This document shows, one piece after another, positions 30,140-41,677 of a DNA stretch of 64,000 nucleotides (the first letter of the stretch is position 1; every line of letters begins with the position of its first letter). The position numbers and the translations under genes are program-made. Where the stretch lies: the NCBI GenBank assembly GCA_963719515.1, contig CAVRCJ010000008.1:1-64000 (forward strand). Reading direction: 5' to 3'. Source of the DNA: an uncultured cyanobacterium. Its GTDB lineage: Bacteria; Cyanobacteriota; Cyanobacteriia; CAKZMO01. The notes beneath the pieces were generated by a model. The model saw only the letters and a program-made list of their open reading frames with translations, was not told the DNA's origin and ran no database searches.

Positions 30140-31441
30140 CTATAGCAAATCCCGATGGGTAAAGGCTTTCGCCGCAGCGCCCGAGTAGCTCGCCACTACA
30201 TGCCCATCCCCCACCAGCTCATAGCGATAGGTCACTAGCCCCTCCAGCCCCACCGGCCCGCGCGGCGGCATCGTCTGCGTGCTGATGCCCACCTCCGCGC
30301 CAAAGCCATAGCGAAATCCGTCTGCAAAGCGAGTCGAGCAATTACGGAACACGCCCGCCGCGCTCACCCGGTCGAGAAACTGACGGGCCACTGCATTCTC
30401 CTCAGTCACGATCGCCTCCGTATGGCGAGAGCCGTAGCGGTTGATGTGGCCGATGGCCGTTTCCAAATCTCGAACCACTCGCACAGCTAAAATCAGGTCG
30501 CTGTACTCCGTAGACCAATCCTCCTCATCAGCCGCCGCCATGGGGACGATCTTCTGCGCAGCGTCATCTCCCCGCAGCGTCACCCCCTGCTCCTGCAGCG
30601 CTTCGGCCACGCGGGGCAGCAGCGCGGGCGCGATCGCCTCGTGCACCAGCAGCGTCTCAATGGCGTTGCAGGCCGAGGGATAGCCCGTCTTCGCGTCGAC
30701 GGCGATGGCGATCGCCTTTTCGGCGTCAGCAGCCGCATCTAGGTAAAGGTGGCAGATGCCCTCAGCGTGCCCCAGCACCGGGATGGCGGTGTTTTCCTGC
30801 ACAAAGCGCACAAAGGCATTGGACCCTCGGGGGATAATCAGGTCGATTTCCTGGTCTAGGGTCAGCATTTCTAGGGTCTCTTCCCGCGTCGTCAGCAGCT
30901 GCACCGCTTCCGGCGGCACCGCCGCCGCCTTCAGCCCATCTTGAATCGCCGCCACAATCGCCTGACAAGAGCGCACCGCTTCCCGCCCCCCTTTGAGAAT
31001 GACGCCGTTACCGGACTTGATGGCCAGCGAACTAATCTGCATCACCGCGTCAGGGCGCGATTCGAAAATTACCCCCAGCACCCCCAGCGGGCAGCTCACC
31101 CGCGTCAGCACTAGGCCGGCGTCCAGCTCCCGGTGAATCTGCACCTGTCCTACGGGGTCAGACAGCTGACCCACGCTGCGCACCCCCGCGATCGCCACCG
31201 CAAGCTTCTCGGCATCCAGCTTTAGCCGCCCGTAGAGAGGCTTGGCAAGACCGCCCTTTAGGGCCGCTTCCCGGTCAGCGGCGTTAGCTTGAGTGATGGC
31301 GTCGGCGTGACGCTCTAGCGCCTGGGCGATCGCTTCAATCGCGGCATTCTTCGCCTCGGCTGAGAGGGTAGCCAGGGTCTGAGCGGCGCGGCGGGTATTT
31401 TGCGCGGTAAAGCGCAGGGACGGCGGGTTGGAGACGGTCAT
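30140..31441 (-). CDS. proA: glutamate-5-semialdehyde dehydrogenase
   Basis: [35 protein letters not shown] and RGPVGLEGL motifs. Confidence 0.96.
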   Translation of the reverse strand: MTVSNPPSLRFTAQNTRRAAQTLATLSAEAKNAAIEAIAQALERHADAITQANAADREAALKGGLAKPLYGRLKLDAEKLAVAIAGVRSVGQLSDPVGQVQIHRELDAGLVLTRVSCPLGVLGVIFESRPDAVMQISSLAIKSGNGVILKGGREAVRSCQAIVAAIQDGLKAAAVPPEAVQLLTTREETLEMLTLDQEIDLIIPRGSNAFVRFVQENTAIPVLGHAEGICHLYLDAAADAEKAIAIAVDAKTGYPSACNAIETLLVHEAIAPALLPRVAEALQEQGVTLRGDDAAQKIVPMAAADEEDWSTEYSDLILAVRVVRDLETAIGHINRYGSRHTEAIVTEENAVARQFLDRVSAAGVFRNCSTRFADGFRYGFGAEVGISTQTMPPRGPVGLEGLVTYRYELVGDGHVVASYSGAAAKAFTHRDLL

Positions 31442-31548
31442 GGCTTAGGCGTAGGGTGGGGCTAGCAGCAGATAGGGGGCGCGATCTATGGCGATCTACG
31501 GCGCTCGATCATTACGAGAGCTGGAGACGACTATTTTAAGCGATCGCC

Positions 31549-31671
31549 TCACTGAAACAAAAAACCGGAAATCATGAGTGGGACAAACAGCAGCGCAACC
31601 ACGATGACAACGACGGTCATGGGATCGACATTGAGGGTGGGGGGCGGCTCGGGGCGGTTGGGGTCGGTCAT
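31549..31671 (-). CDS. 40-aa small membrane protein, not in the ORF track
   Basis: MTDPNRPEPPPTLNVDPMTVVVIVVALLFVPLMISGFLFQ*; one clean TM segment. Confidence 0.6.
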   Translation of the reverse strand: MTDPNRPEPPPTLNVDPMTVVVIVVALLFVPLMISGFLFQ

Positions 31672-31973
31672 TTTTTCGCTCGCGTGGGCCTTTTAGTAGG
31701 TCTGTCACAGTCTCGGAAGGGCATGTCGCGCTGCAGGATATCTCATGACGCTTGAGCCCTCAGTCTCTAGCCTAGCAGCGTCTTCACCGCCGCGTCCTCC
31801 GGGTCAGCCGGGTCAAGCGACAGGGAGCGTTTGTGATACGATCGGGCTCAATGATTACGTTTGATTAACCTCGGGCTTACGCAGCGGGGGAAATTCTTGG
31901 GAGCCGTTGCGCAAGGTCTGCAGCAATTGCGCTGAGCCGGGGGCGTGGCGGGAGTAAGAGGTGCAGCAGCACA

Positions 31974-33878
31974 GTGAACCAGAAAAGCAAGACCGTGGAC
32001 CAAAGCGACAGAGCAAATAGTGGCCCATCGACCTATCACCTGCAGGACGATGACCAACTGTGCTTCATTCATATCCCTAAGACGGCAGGGACAACGCTCA
32101 CCTCAATCCTAGACTCCAAATTTGACCGAGACAGAATTTGCCCCGAGCATCGCCTGATCGAGCTCCGGGACTATCCTGCTGAGAAAGTCGCGGCCTATCG
32201 CCTTTTTAGAGGCCACTTCTCCCACGACATTAGCCTACTGCTGCCGCAATGGTCTGAAGACCAGCCTGAACGGTCACTGCCCTACCTCGTCACGATGCTG
32301 CGGGATCCCGTCGAGCGGGTAATTTCGGCCTACGAGTTCATGAAGACCTGCATCATCATCCATCCCCAAGCGGCGGTCACCCAGCACAAGGCCCGCACCC
32401 TACCGCTCAAAGACTACATCCGCGACCCCGACGTCTCCGGCGTCATCAATGCCCAAACCCGTCAGCTCGCCGGGCGGGCCTGGCGGGGAGAAGCCCGCTC
32501 GGCCCACAGCGACTGGCTCGACGCGGCTCGGGCTCACCTGGAAGGGTTTGCGTTCGTCGGCCTCACAGAGCGCTTCAACGACTCTATGGATTTGCTGAAC
32601 TATACCTTTGGCTGGTCGCCGCTACAGCAGGTGCAGCAGCTGATGGTTGGCAGCAAAACGCTAAAGCGAGAGCAGCTGACGGCAGAAGAGCTAGAGGTGA
32701 TTCTAGAGCACAACCAGCTGGACATGGCGCTCTATGACTCCGCGAAAACCCTCTTTGAGGCGCGCCACCAGAGCATGCTGGAGCGGCTTCACGCCCTGAG
32801 CGGCCCGCGAGATGCCAGCGCTCCTACCCGCTCACCCATAGACAACACCTACCGGCAGCAGCTAGAGCAGCATTACGAAACCTGCTTCACCCAGACGCTG
32901 CCGCCCCCTACCCATCGGCTCACCTTTACGTTTGAGCAGGGCTTTTCTGGTTCTGGATGGCACGGCTGGGAGGGAGAAGAGCGCCATCTACCCTTCCGCT
33001 GGACTGGACCTGGGCCCGAGTCAACCCTCGACTTTCCACCCCTGATTCCCGACGATTATGCCATTGAGATTCGGGTCATCAACGCCATCACGCCTGAGGT
33101 GTTGAGCAGCCTGACGCTGCAGTTCAACGAGACGCCGCTGCACCTGTTCACCCTCTACTGCGACACAGACACAGCTATCTTGCGCGGCACCATTCCCAAG
33201 CCGGCTGTTAAGGCTCCGTTTGCGCGGCTGATGTTTTGCGTCAGCCACACTCAGTCCTTTAAAGCAGTAGACCCCACCGTGACAGACCGGCGGCGAGTTG
33301 GGGTTGCCATTGACCTGGTGCAAATTTTTCCTGTGGGCGATCGCCCTACTATCGATGCCACGGCCTTCTTGTTTAAGGAGGCTCCTCAACCTTGGCAGGA
33401 GGTTGAGGACTTTTTGCGTCAGCACCTCAAACCGGGGGAAAAGATCTTCGCCCCCAACCTGTTTCGCTTTACCTTTGGCGACGCTATGCCCAGCGAAACC
33501 TCGATTCCCTCCGGGCGCATCGCCAACTACGGCGATGCCCAAGTCGACCCGGCAGTCTACCAGTGGGCAGTGCTCCACAAAGGCATGCAGAACGAAACGG
33601 GACCAGTTTTTCTGCGGCTGCTGGCTTCACCCTTTCGGCCCGTCTTGGCCAACGAGGTCTTCACCTTATTTTCCAGCCGGCCTGGGCTATCTAAGCTCAG
33701 CTACACCACACCCCACGTGCGCTATGCCTATACAGGCTACGTCAAACATCTTGTTGCCCAGTCCGTCACCGCGATCTCAGAGTCCATCACCCGGAAGAGC
33801 AAAGGGTGGGCTAAAGCTCTGCTAGGGCCCACGCTAGAGCGACGGGCTACCGACTGGTGGGGGCGAATCACCCGCTAA
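31974..33878 (+). CDS. sulfotransferase-family protein with C-terminal extra domains
   Basis: PAPS-binding FIHIPKTAGTT and LRDPVERVIS; later FRWTGP beta-rich domain. Confidence 0.8.
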   Translation: MNQKSKTVDQSDRANSGPSTYHLQDDDQLCFIHIPKTAGTTLTSILDSKFDRDRICPEHRLIELRDYPAEKVAAYRLFRGHFSHDISLLLPQWSEDQPERSLPYLVTMLRDPVERVISAYEFMKTCIIIHPQAAVTQHKARTLPLKDYIRDPDVSGVINAQTRQLAGRAWRGEARSAHSDWLDAARAHLEGFAFVGLTERFNDSMDLLNYTFGWSPLQQVQQLMVGSKTLKREQLTAEELEVILEHNQLDMALYDSAKTLFEARHQSMLERLHALSGPRDASAPTRSPIDNTYRQQLEQHYETCFTQTLPPPTHRLTFTFEQGFSGSGWHGWEGEERHLPFRWTGPGPESTLDFPPLIPDDYAIEIRVINAITPEVLSSLTLQFNETPLHLFTLYCDTDTAILRGTIPKPAVKAPFARLMFCVSHTQSFKAVDPTVTDRRRVGVAIDLVQIFPVGDRPTIDATAFLFKEAPQPWQEVEDFLRQHLKPGEKIFAPNLFRFTFGDAMPSETSIPSGRIANYGDAQVDPAVYQWAVLHKGMQNETGPVFLRLLASPFRPVLANEVFTLFSSRPGLSKLSYTTPHVRYAYTGYVKHLVAQSVTAISESITRKSKGWAKALLGPTLERRATDWWGRITR

Positions 33879-33886
33879 CGGCACCT

Positions 33887-34582
33887 ATGATTATTTCCCA
33901 TAAGCACCGCTTTATCTTCATTAAGACGATGAAGACGGCTAGCACCAGTCTGGAGGTGTTTCTCTCTCAGTACTGCGGCGATCGCGGCGTCGTGACGCCC
34001 ATCTACCCCCCGGTGACGCCCCACCAGGCCCAAAACTACCAGTCGCAGTTCAACCCCTTGCCGGAGCTGTGGCTGCGGCAGAGGTACCGCCAACCCCTCC
34101 AGCCTGCCTGGAGCGACTACCGGACCCAGAACCGGTTTTATAATCACCTGCCGGCTTGGGCTATTCGGGCCAGGGTGCCCCGCAGCATTTGGCGGACCTA
34201 CTTCACGTTTTGCGTCGAGCGCAACCCCTGGGATAAAACTCTGTCGTATTACCACATGCGGCGCTACGACAGTAAACAGCCCCTCACCTTAGACCAGCAC
34301 CTCAAGGGCGGCGATTTTTGCCTCAATCACCCCTACTACACGGACATCGCGGGCGATCGCATCATCGTTGATCGGGTGGTGCGCTACGAAACGCTCTCCC
34401 AGGAGCTCAAGGAAGTCTGTCAGCGCTTGAACATTCCGTTCAGCGGCTCTCTCGACATTCGGGCCAAGGCCGACCGCCGCAACGACTACCGTCCCTATCG
34501 GCAAATCTATACCCCACAGCAGCGTCAGCTCATTGAACGCATTTTCGCAAAGGAGATTGAGCTTCATGGCTACCAATTCTAG
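33887..34582 (+). CDS. sulfotransferase family 2 protein
   Basis: IISHKHRFIFIKTMKTASTS, ERNPWDK and RYETL motifs. Confidence 0.8.
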   Translation: MIISHKHRFIFIKTMKTASTSLEVFLSQYCGDRGVVTPIYPPVTPHQAQNYQSQFNPLPELWLRQRYRQPLQPAWSDYRTQNRFYNHLPAWAIRARVPRSIWRTYFTFCVERNPWDKTLSYYHMRRYDSKQPLTLDQHLKGGDFCLNHPYYTDIAGDRIIVDRVVRYETLSQELKEVCQRLNIPFSGSLDIRAKADRRNDYRPYRQIYTPQQRQLIERIFAKEIELHGYQF

Positions 34583-35648
34583 GATAGGCAAAGCGGCTCT
34601 CTCAGATAGCCCGGCGGCTCCCCCCTCTCCCGACGCTTCTTCAGACAAAACCCTAATTTTTCTCCACATTCCCAAAGCGGCAGGCACCACGATGGCCAGC
34701 ATCCTTACGGGCCACTACGGCAGCAAGGCGACCTATCGCACCCGGATGAACGCCTTTAAGCACATGCAGGCCCTGCCGGAAAACGAGCGGCGGCGGCTGC
34801 GCCTGGTTCACGGCCACATGCCCTTTGGCATTCACCAGTATCTGCCCCAGCCCTCGGTTTACTTTACGCTGCTGCGGCACCCCGTCGAGCGGGTCATCTC
34901 CCACTACTATTTTGTGCTCAAAAGCCCCAGCCATCCGGGCTATCCCATTGCCCGAGCGGCCCGCAGCGTGGCTGAATACGTCGGCTGCGGACTGCAGAAG
35001 CAGACCAACAACGTTCAGACTCGTCACCTCTCGGGGGTCAGCGGCACCGTGGGGTTTGACGAATGCACCCGGCAGCACCTGCGGCTGGCCCAGCAGCACC
35101 TCGACACCGCCTTCGCGGTAGCAGGAACCTCAGAACAATTTGACGCTACGCTGCTGCTGCTGGGCCAGCACTTAGGCTGGTCGCCCTCCCCCTACCCCAA
35201 ACTCAACGTCAACGCTCAGCGCCCCCCACAACAGCAGATCTCTCCCGGAGCGATCGCCATCATCGAGCGCTATAACGCCCTCGACCTAGAGCTTTACCAC
35301 AGCGTACAGACGCGGCTCAACCGGCAAATCGCGGCCCAGGGCAGCGCCTTCCAGCAGGCCCTGCAGGCGTTTCAGCAAAAGAATATCCGCTACGGGGAAG
35401 CGCTACGGCACCCTGCTCCTGACGCAGCCGTCCCCCCAATAAGCTCCCACCACCCTGCCCCCTCCGAGCTGGCGCGGGTCAAAGCGCAGCTGCAGGCGGT
35501 CACTCAGCGGGCTGAGGCTTCGGAGGCGCTGCAGCAGCGAACCCAGCGCCAGCTGCGCAAAGCCTTGTCTACTCTGACCGACATGCGCAGCAGCCGGCTC
35601 TGGCAGGCGGGGCAGCGCGTCAGGTCACTGAGCCGCTGGCGCGGGTAG
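34566..35648 (+). CDS. sulfotransferase family 2 protein with coiled-coil tail
   Basis: FLHIPKAAGTT, LRHPVERVISHY, NALDLELY and MRSSRLW motifs. Confidence 0.8.
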   Translation: MATNSRIGKAALSDSPAAPPSPDASSDKTLIFLHIPKAAGTTMASILTGHYGSKATYRTRMNAFKHMQALPENERRRLRLVHGHMPFGIHQYLPQPSVYFTLLRHPVERVISHYYFVLKSPSHPGYPIARAARSVAEYVGCGLQKQTNNVQTRHLSGVSGTVGFDECTRQHLRLAQQHLDTAFAVAGTSEQFDATLLLLGQHLGWSPSPYPKLNVNAQRPPQQQISPGAIAIIERYNALDLELYHSVQTRLNRQIAAQGSAFQQALQAFQQKNIRYGEALRHPAPDAAVPPISSHHPAPSELARVKAQLQAVTQRAEASEALQQRTQRQLRKALSTLTDMRSSRLWQAGQRVRSLSRWRG

Positions 35649-35747
35649 TGCTCCGCACCCGCAGGCTCTGCTCTTAAAGGCGAACAAAAATTGCTGCTGG
35701 CGATCGCTCGGTTGGCCAGTCAAATTTAGACGCGGTAAAATCGAACG

Positions 35748-37295
35748 ATGCGAACTCCTAAGCTATTTTCGTATCCCCTCGACCGCGCGGCGGCGATCGC
35801 CATCCTCGTCCTAGTCATCACCGTCACCGGTGTGGTTCTGTTTGCCCAGCAGCCAGCCCCCGCCGTGCGGGAGTTTAGCTGGCAAGACAAGCTCGTCGGG
35901 GCCGAGGACCAGGCTTTCTTTCTTACCTTTAGTCGGCCCATGGACCACAAGGCCGTCGAGGAACACCTAGCGCTCAAGGCCATCATCTCGGAGAATGACC
36001 AGCAGGTTATCCCCGGAAAGGCGAGCTGGGCCGGTCGACGCATGGCCTACACGCTCCTTGCTCCCGCTCCCTATGGCTATCCCTACAGCCTGACCGTAGA
36101 GCGAGCTTGGGACCGCTTCAGCAGCGACCGCGCCGACCCCGAGCAGATGCTTGTCCCCTTCGAGGGCCACTTTCGCACCCGCGATCGCGCCTTTCTTTAC
36201 CTGGGGACCAAGGGCGAGGAATCGGGCCGCATTGTTCTCTACAACCTAACCCGCAAGGAGAAGCGGGCTCTCACCCCAGAAACCCTGGTGGTGATGGACT
36301 ACGAGCCCTACCCCGATGGCGATCGCGTCCTATTTTCGGCGGTGGAGAGAGCCTCCCGCGATCAGGGATTGCTCAGCCAGCAGCTCTACGTTGCCACCAC
36401 TGGCGTCAAGGCCGTCGATCCTGCCATGACTCCCGGCGCTCAGAATGAAGCGGCGGCCTTCCCGCTAACCAGCGACGTGCAGCTTTTACTGGATAGCGAC
36501 GAATACCAGAACCTTAAATTTGACCTATCTCCCGATGGCCAGACTATCGTCGTCTACCGCGTCAACCGGCAAAACCCCAGCGACTTTGGTCTCTGGACCC
36601 TGCGGGTGGAAGCAGACGGGACGCCGGCCCTGACGCCGCTGCCCGCCGAGCCGGGAGGTGATTTCCTCATTACTCCTGACAGTCAGGCCATTGCCTATCT
36701 ACAGGGACAGGGTATGGCGCTGCTCTCTCTCAGCGAGGACAGTGCAGAGACCCTCGATTTCTTACCCCAATACGGCCTAGTGCTCGACTTTGCCCCAGAC
36801 GGCACCGCTGCCGCTCTAGTCCGGTTTGACGCCGACCCCACCGAGCCGACCCAATCGCTGTTTCTCGTCACCAATCAGGGTGAGGAGGAAAATCTGCTTT
36901 CGGTGCCGGGAGCGATCGTAGACGCCCAGTTTTCGCCGACTGGGGACTACCTCTACGGCATTGTGACCGAGCGTCTACCCGGCGATGTCTATGCCGAACA
37001 GCCCTACCTGATAGCGATTGATCTCGAAACGGGCGATCGTAGCGACTTACTGCTGCTGCCGGCGCAGCCCAACATTAAAATGAGCCTCGCGCCGGATGGG
37101 CTAGGGCTTTTATTTGACCAAATTACAACGGCCGTCAGCGCCGACCCTGCAGGCTTACGCAGCACCGACGGCAACGTGATTGCTGACAGTACACTGTGGT
37201 TTTTCCCGATTTTGTTCGACGAGGGCGGTACACCCTTACAGGCAGACCCCAACGAGCTGCCGACCGCCGGATTCTATCCGCAGTGGCTCCCCTAG
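35748..37295 (+). CDS. membrane-anchored Ig-like plus beta-propeller (TolB-like) protein
   Basis: N-terminal TM; LTFSRPMD; repeated SPDG/TPDS/APDG motifs. Confidence 0.65.
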   Translation: MRTPKLFSYPLDRAAAIAILVLVITVTGVVLFAQQPAPAVREFSWQDKLVGAEDQAFFLTFSRPMDHKAVEEHLALKAIISENDQQVIPGKASWAGRRMAYTLLAPAPYGYPYSLTVERAWDRFSSDRADPEQMLVPFEGHFRTRDRAFLYLGTKGEESGRIVLYNLTRKEKRALTPETLVVMDYEPYPDGDRVLFSAVERASRDQGLLSQQLYVATTGVKAVDPAMTPGAQNEAAAFPLTSDVQLLLDSDEYQNLKFDLSPDGQTIVVYRVNRQNPSDFGLWTLRVEADGTPALTPLPAEPGGDFLITPDSQAIAYLQGQGMALLSLSEDSAETLDFLPQYGLVLDFAPDGTAAALVRFDADPTEPTQSLFLVTNQGEEENLLSVPGAIVDAQFSPTGDYLYGIVTERLPGDVYAEQPYLIAIDLETGDRSDLLLLPAQPNIKMSLAPDGLGLLFDQITTAVSADPAGLRSTDGNVIADSTLWFFPILFDEGGTPLQADPNELPTAGFYPQWLP

Positions 37296-37315
37296 AGAGT
37301 TTGGTATAAAATAAA

Positions 37316-37342
37316 CCCCCTCTGCAAGATCTACAGAGGGGG
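37316..37342. terminator. hairpin after the beta-propeller gene
   Basis: CCCCCTCTG..CAGAGGGGG stem. Confidence 0.55.
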
Positions 37343-37539
37343 AATCGATCGCTTACCTGTGTCCTAGACAGTGATAACACGGCTTTTGTGCCTGTGATAT
37401 CAGTACTTTCCGCAGATCAAACCCTCTTCACATTTGTCACAAAAACTACTAGGCAACCTTACACACCATTTCGTCAAGACCTACGTTCACAAAAGTTAGA
37501 CAAGGTCTGTCCGACTGACGTTAGGCTAGTAAGGTGTGA

Positions 37540-37899
<360 letters not shown>

Positions 37900-37926
37900 G
37901 CGCTCACGAGCTGAAAAGAGCGCCTT

Positions 37927-38895
37927 CTAGCCCAGCAGCTCAATCGCTGCCGGCTTGACCATCGCCAACGTCGCCTCTACTGGTGACAGTTTTAGCACTT
38001 GGGCGATCGCCCGGCGACGGCGCTCTTGGTCATCCCGAATAGACCACAGCCTGTTGCCCAAGCCCGGAGCATCCCACTCCCCAGTTTCCGGGTTGATGTA
38101 CGACCAGGTGCGGGCCCATAGAATTGCATCAGCTCCGCGCAGGCCTTTGTCGTAAGCCTCCACCAGTCGGTCAATGTATCCCCCTTCGCCCAGAGCCGCT
38201 TCAGGAGCCTGGTTGGCCAGGTCAATGCCGTTTAGCTCTTCCTCCAGTCCCAAGGTCATGTTAAAGCTGGCGGCGCGCTCCCGCATCAGCACGGTCTGCC
38301 TTTGAAGACGCTGCAGCTGCTTGCGATCGGCCTCCTCCGGAGAGCTCGCGCTGTGCTGATAGGAAAAGCTGCCCAAGTTCCAGACGCCATTTCCGGGGTC
38401 GGTGTGGCCGTAATAGGCCTGAGTTTTCTCACCGCCCGCCGCTCGGGTGCCCTCAGCATGGCCGACCGTCCTCGCCACCAGGGAGTCTGGGCCACCCTCA
38501 AACAGGGCCTCCAAAGAGAGGTCTGGGGCAGGGCGTGCCCCAATTACGCCCGGCAGGGCTGGCGCTTGAGCCCCATTCTCAGGCTCAAAAACCGTTTCCT
38601 CAAGCTTAGGTGGGGCCTGGGGCTGAACAACTTCCGCCACCTCCCGCTGGTCTTGAAAATAGCCCAGCGCCCCCGTTATGGCTTGGTAAGGCACTGTAAC
38701 AAACGCCAAAAAGATGCCGACCGCCGCTAGCCACGAGGGAAACAGGCCCACCGGATCAGCGGTGTAGTGAATATTGAGGTTGGGGGTCAGGGAGTGGAAA
38801 TTTAGGGAGAGGTCAAGGAGGAGCACAGGCGTTAGTTCAGGTGACAGCAGCGGCGAATCGAGAGCCCCAGGTGAGGCCAGCAGAGCCAAACCCAA
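37927..38895 (-). CDS. conserved hypothetical protein, possibly lysozyme-like
   Basis: TM segment, then VGHAEGTR..YYGHTDPGNGVWNLGSFSYQH; start uncertain. Confidence 0.55.
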   Translation of the reverse strand: MGLALLASPGALDSPLLSPELTPVLLLDLSLNFHSLTPNLNIHYTADPVGLFPSWLAAVGIFLAFVTVPYQAITGALGYFQDQREVAEVVQPQAPPKLEETVFEPENGAQAPALPGVIGARPAPDLSLEALFEGGPDSLVARTVGHAEGTRAAGGEKTQAYYGHTDPGNGVWNLGSFSYQHSASSPEEADRKQLQRLQRQTVLMRERAASFNMTLGLEEELNGIDLANQAPEAALGEGGYIDRLVEAYDKGLRGADAILWARTWSYINPETGEWDAPGLGNRLWSIRDDQERRRRAIAQVLKLSPVEATLAMVKPAAIELLG

Positions 38896-39035
38896 AACGC
38901 CACGCGCCCACCTTAACGGCTACATCAGTGGAGACATCACCACCCTGCTATAGATTTTTTCCGGATGTCATCGATCCACGATAGCCTGAGAAAGGCATCC
39001 TCACTTTATCAATTCGCGGGGTCAGCACATTCGCC

Positions 39036-39914
39036 ATGGTAGTCAAACCCATCATCCCCAAGCGCTTCAGCTTCTGGCAGCTTAGTCTGTCGCGGCAGAT
39101 GATGTGGGCTGGCGTCGCCATTACGGTACTGTACGTGGCGATCGCCCTCTTCGCGCCGCTGCTTCAGCAGGTCGGACTGCTGCAAGACCCAACGGCATCG
39201 CTAATCAACCCCATCCATGAGCCCCCTTCCGCAAACTACTGGTTTGGCACCACCCGCCAGGGCTACGACGTCTTTTCAAGAACCCTATTCGGAACCCAGG
39301 CCGCGCTTAAAGTGGTGCTGCTGGCCACGACGCTGAGCCTGTTTGTGGGCGTGCCGCTGGGTATGGTCAGTGGCTATCTAGGGGGCCGACTCGACCGCAC
39401 GCTGCTGTTCTTTATGGATACTATCTATACGCTGCCGGGGCTGTTGCTGTCGGTGACCCTAGCGTTCATCGTGGGGCGGGGGGTCTCCAATGCGGCGATC
39501 GCCCTCAGCATTGCCTACATTCCGCAGTACTACCGGGTGGTGCGCAACCACACTGTCAGCGTCAAGTCAGAGCTGTTTATCGAAGCAGCCCAGGCCATGG
39601 GGGCCTCCACCTGGGCCGTGCTGTCCCGCTATATCTCATTAAATGTGGTGCAGAGCGTCCCCGTCTTGTTTACCCTCAACGCCGCCGATGCCGTACTCGT
39701 GCTGGGCGGCCTGGGCTTTTTGGGGCTCGGCCTCCCGGACCAGACGCCCGAATGGGGGCAGGACCTGCGGCAGGCGCTAGATGCCCTGCCTACCGGTATT
39801 TGGTGGACGGCTCTGTTTCCGGGCTTGGCGCTGACGGGGCTGGTTGTCGGGCTGTCGCTGCTCGGGGAAGGGCTCAACGAGCTGGTCAACCCACTGCTTC
39901 GCAAAGAAGAGTAG
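39036..39914 (+). CDS. peptide/nickel ABC transporter permease (DppC/OppC type)
   Basis: WFGTTRQGYDVFSR, EAAQAMGAS and PEWG motifs. Confidence 0.9.
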   Translation: MVVKPIIPKRFSFWQLSLSRQMMWAGVAITVLYVAIALFAPLLQQVGLLQDPTASLINPIHEPPSANYWFGTTRQGYDVFSRTLFGTQAALKVVLLATTLSLFVGVPLGMVSGYLGGRLDRTLLFFMDTIYTLPGLLLSVTLAFIVGRGVSNAAIALSIAYIPQYYRVVRNHTVSVKSELFIEAAQAMGASTWAVLSRYISLNVVQSVPVLFTLNAADAVLVLGGLGFLGLGLPDQTPEWGQDLRQALDALPTGIWWTALFPGLALTGLVVGLSLLGEGLNELVNPLLRKEE

Positions 39915-40230
39915 CGATCGCCCCCTCAGCGAGCCCCTCAACGAGAATGCTGGGCTTTGGCGCTACCGCTTTCCCAAATGCAGAGTTAACCCAGTGGCCT
40001 AATTTTTCGCTCACGTAGCGCAAAAACGCGTAGGCTTGCCCGGAGGGCAGGCGCAGCTTTTCGCCCTGGTATTCAATAATGTAGTCCCCCATAACCTCAG
40101 GGCAGGCGGTACAGGTCAGGGCCTCTTTATTGAGGGTATCGACACTCAGCTTCAGTATCTCCTGGCTTAGCCAAGCCTCAAAGTCTTGCATCAGCGGTAG
40201 TTTCTGCTGGTCTGTAGACGGCTGGCTCAT
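39886..40230 (-). CDS. hypothetical protein
   Basis: ORF from MSQPSTDQ; no recognised motif. Confidence 0.5.
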   Translation of the reverse strand: MSQPSTDQQKLPLMQDFEAWLSQEILKLSVDTLNKEALTCTACPEVMGDYIIEYQGEKLRLPSGQAYAFLRYVSEKLGHWVNSAFGKAVAPKPSILVEGLAEGAIATLLCEAVG

Positions 40231-40425
40231 AGATGTCCTCCTGCGATCGCTGAATTGGCTCACGAAACCATGATCTCAGATTACGAGGAGTCGATGAGAT
40301 TCAGCTAGGCAAAGGCTGTGCTGGTCTCATGCTGGTTTACTTAAAGGGGCCAAAGATGTCGGTCCGGCCTATGCCTATAGACTTACCCAAATGTGAACAG
40401 AAGCTTAAAGCAGCGTTACAATCGC

Positions 40426-40454
40426 TTTACTTTCCTTAACAACTCTGGTAGTAT
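40426..40454 (+). promoter_or_regulatory. psbA copy 2 promoter
   Basis: TTTACT-N17-TAGTAT, followed by TAAATCAGTGGGA shared with copy 1. Confidence 0.7.
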
Positions 40455-40525
40455 TAAATCAGTGGGAGAAACAAAAGGAAACAAACCCACAATACATACA
40501 CTTTCAATAAGGCACTCATTACCTC

Positions 40526-41587
40526 ATGACTACTACCCTACAGCAGCGCTCTAGCGCTAACGTATGGCAGCAGTTCTGCGAGTGGGTCACCAGCACCAAC
40601 AACCGCCTCTACGTAGGCTGGTTCGGCGTCCTGATGATTCCGACTCTCTTAGCTGCTACCACCTGCTTCCTCATCGCCTTCGTGGCGGCTCCTCCCGTTG
40701 ACATCGACGGCATCCGCGAGCCTGTTGCAGGTTCACTGATGTACGGCAACAACATCATCTCTGGTGCAATTGTTCCGTCATCCAACGCCATCGGTCTACA
40801 CTTCTACCCCATCTGGGAAGCAGCATCACTCGACGAGTGGCTGTACAACGGCGGACCTTACCAGCTGGTGGTATTCCACTTCCTGATTGGCGTCTTCTGC
40901 TACATGGGCCGCGAGTGGGAACTATCCTACCGTCTGGGCATGCGCCCTTGGATTTGCGTTGCTTACTCTGCACCTGTTGCAGCGGCATCTGCAGTCTTCC
41001 TCATCTACCCGATTGGTCAGGGTTCATTCTCTGACGGCATGCCTCTGGGCATCTCGGGTACGTTCAACTTCATGTTCGTGTTCCAGGCCGAGCACAACAT
41101 CCTGATGCACCCCTTCCACATGCTGGGTGTGGCAGGCGTCTTCGGCGGAGCGCTGTTCAGCGCGATGCACGGTTCACTGGTGACCTCTTCACTGGTGCGA
41201 GAGACGACCGAGTCTGAGTCGCAGAACTACGGCTACAAGTTCGGGCAAGAGGAAGAGACCTACAACATCGTTGCAGCGCACGGCTACTTCGGCCGCCTCA
41301 TCTTCCAATATGCATCGTTCAACAACTCCCGCGCACTACACTTCTTCTTGGGCGCATGGCCTGTGGTAGGCATCTGGTTCACGGCGCTGGGCATCAGCAC
41401 GATGGCGTTCAACCTGAACGGGTTCAACTTCAACCAGTCTGTTCTAGACAGCCAGGGCCGGGTCATCAACACCTGGGCGGACATCATCAACCGTGCCAAC
41501 CTGGGTATGGAAGTGATGCACGAGCGCAACGCTCACAACTTCCCGCTTGACCTTGCTGCTGCTGAGGCTCCTGCTATCAACGGCTAG
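40526..41587 (+). CDS. psbA: photosystem II D1 protein (Glu130 form), 353 aa
   Basis: Unambiguous D1; same protein as copy 1 except one N-terminal Thr. Confidence 0.99.
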   Translation: MTTTLQQRSSANVWQQFCEWVTSTNNRLYVGWFGVLMIPTLLAATTCFLIAFVAAPPVDIDGIREPVAGSLMYGNNIISGAIVPSSNAIGLHFYPIWEAASLDEWLYNGGPYQLVVFHFLIGVFCYMGREWELSYRLGMRPWICVAYSAPVAAASAVFLIYPIGQGSFSDGMPLGISGTFNFMFVFQAEHNILMHPFHMLGVAGVFGGALFSAMHGSLVTSSLVRETTESESQNYGYKFGQEEETYNIVAAHGYFGRLIFQYASFNNSRALHFFLGAWPVVGIWFTALGISTMAFNLNGFNFNQSVLDSQGRVINTWADIINRANLGMEVMHERNAHNFPLDLAAAEAPAING

Positions 41588-41616
41588 GACTCCTCACTCA
41601 GCTAAGCTGAGCTAGC

Positions 41617-41649
41617 AAAAGCGCCTCCCGCTGCGGGGGGCGCTTTTTT
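41617..41649. terminator. bidirectional intrinsic terminator after psbA copy 2
   Basis: AAAAGCGCCTCCCGCTGCGGGGGGCGCTTTTTT. Confidence 0.85.
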
Positions 41650-41677
41650 GTATTGCTATCGGGATGTTTCTAACGGG

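Noticed and set aside
37436..37449. Possible NtcA site GTC-N8-TAC upstream of the PII gene
   Set aside because: Mismatch to GTA-N8-TAC and no clear -10 box at the expected distance
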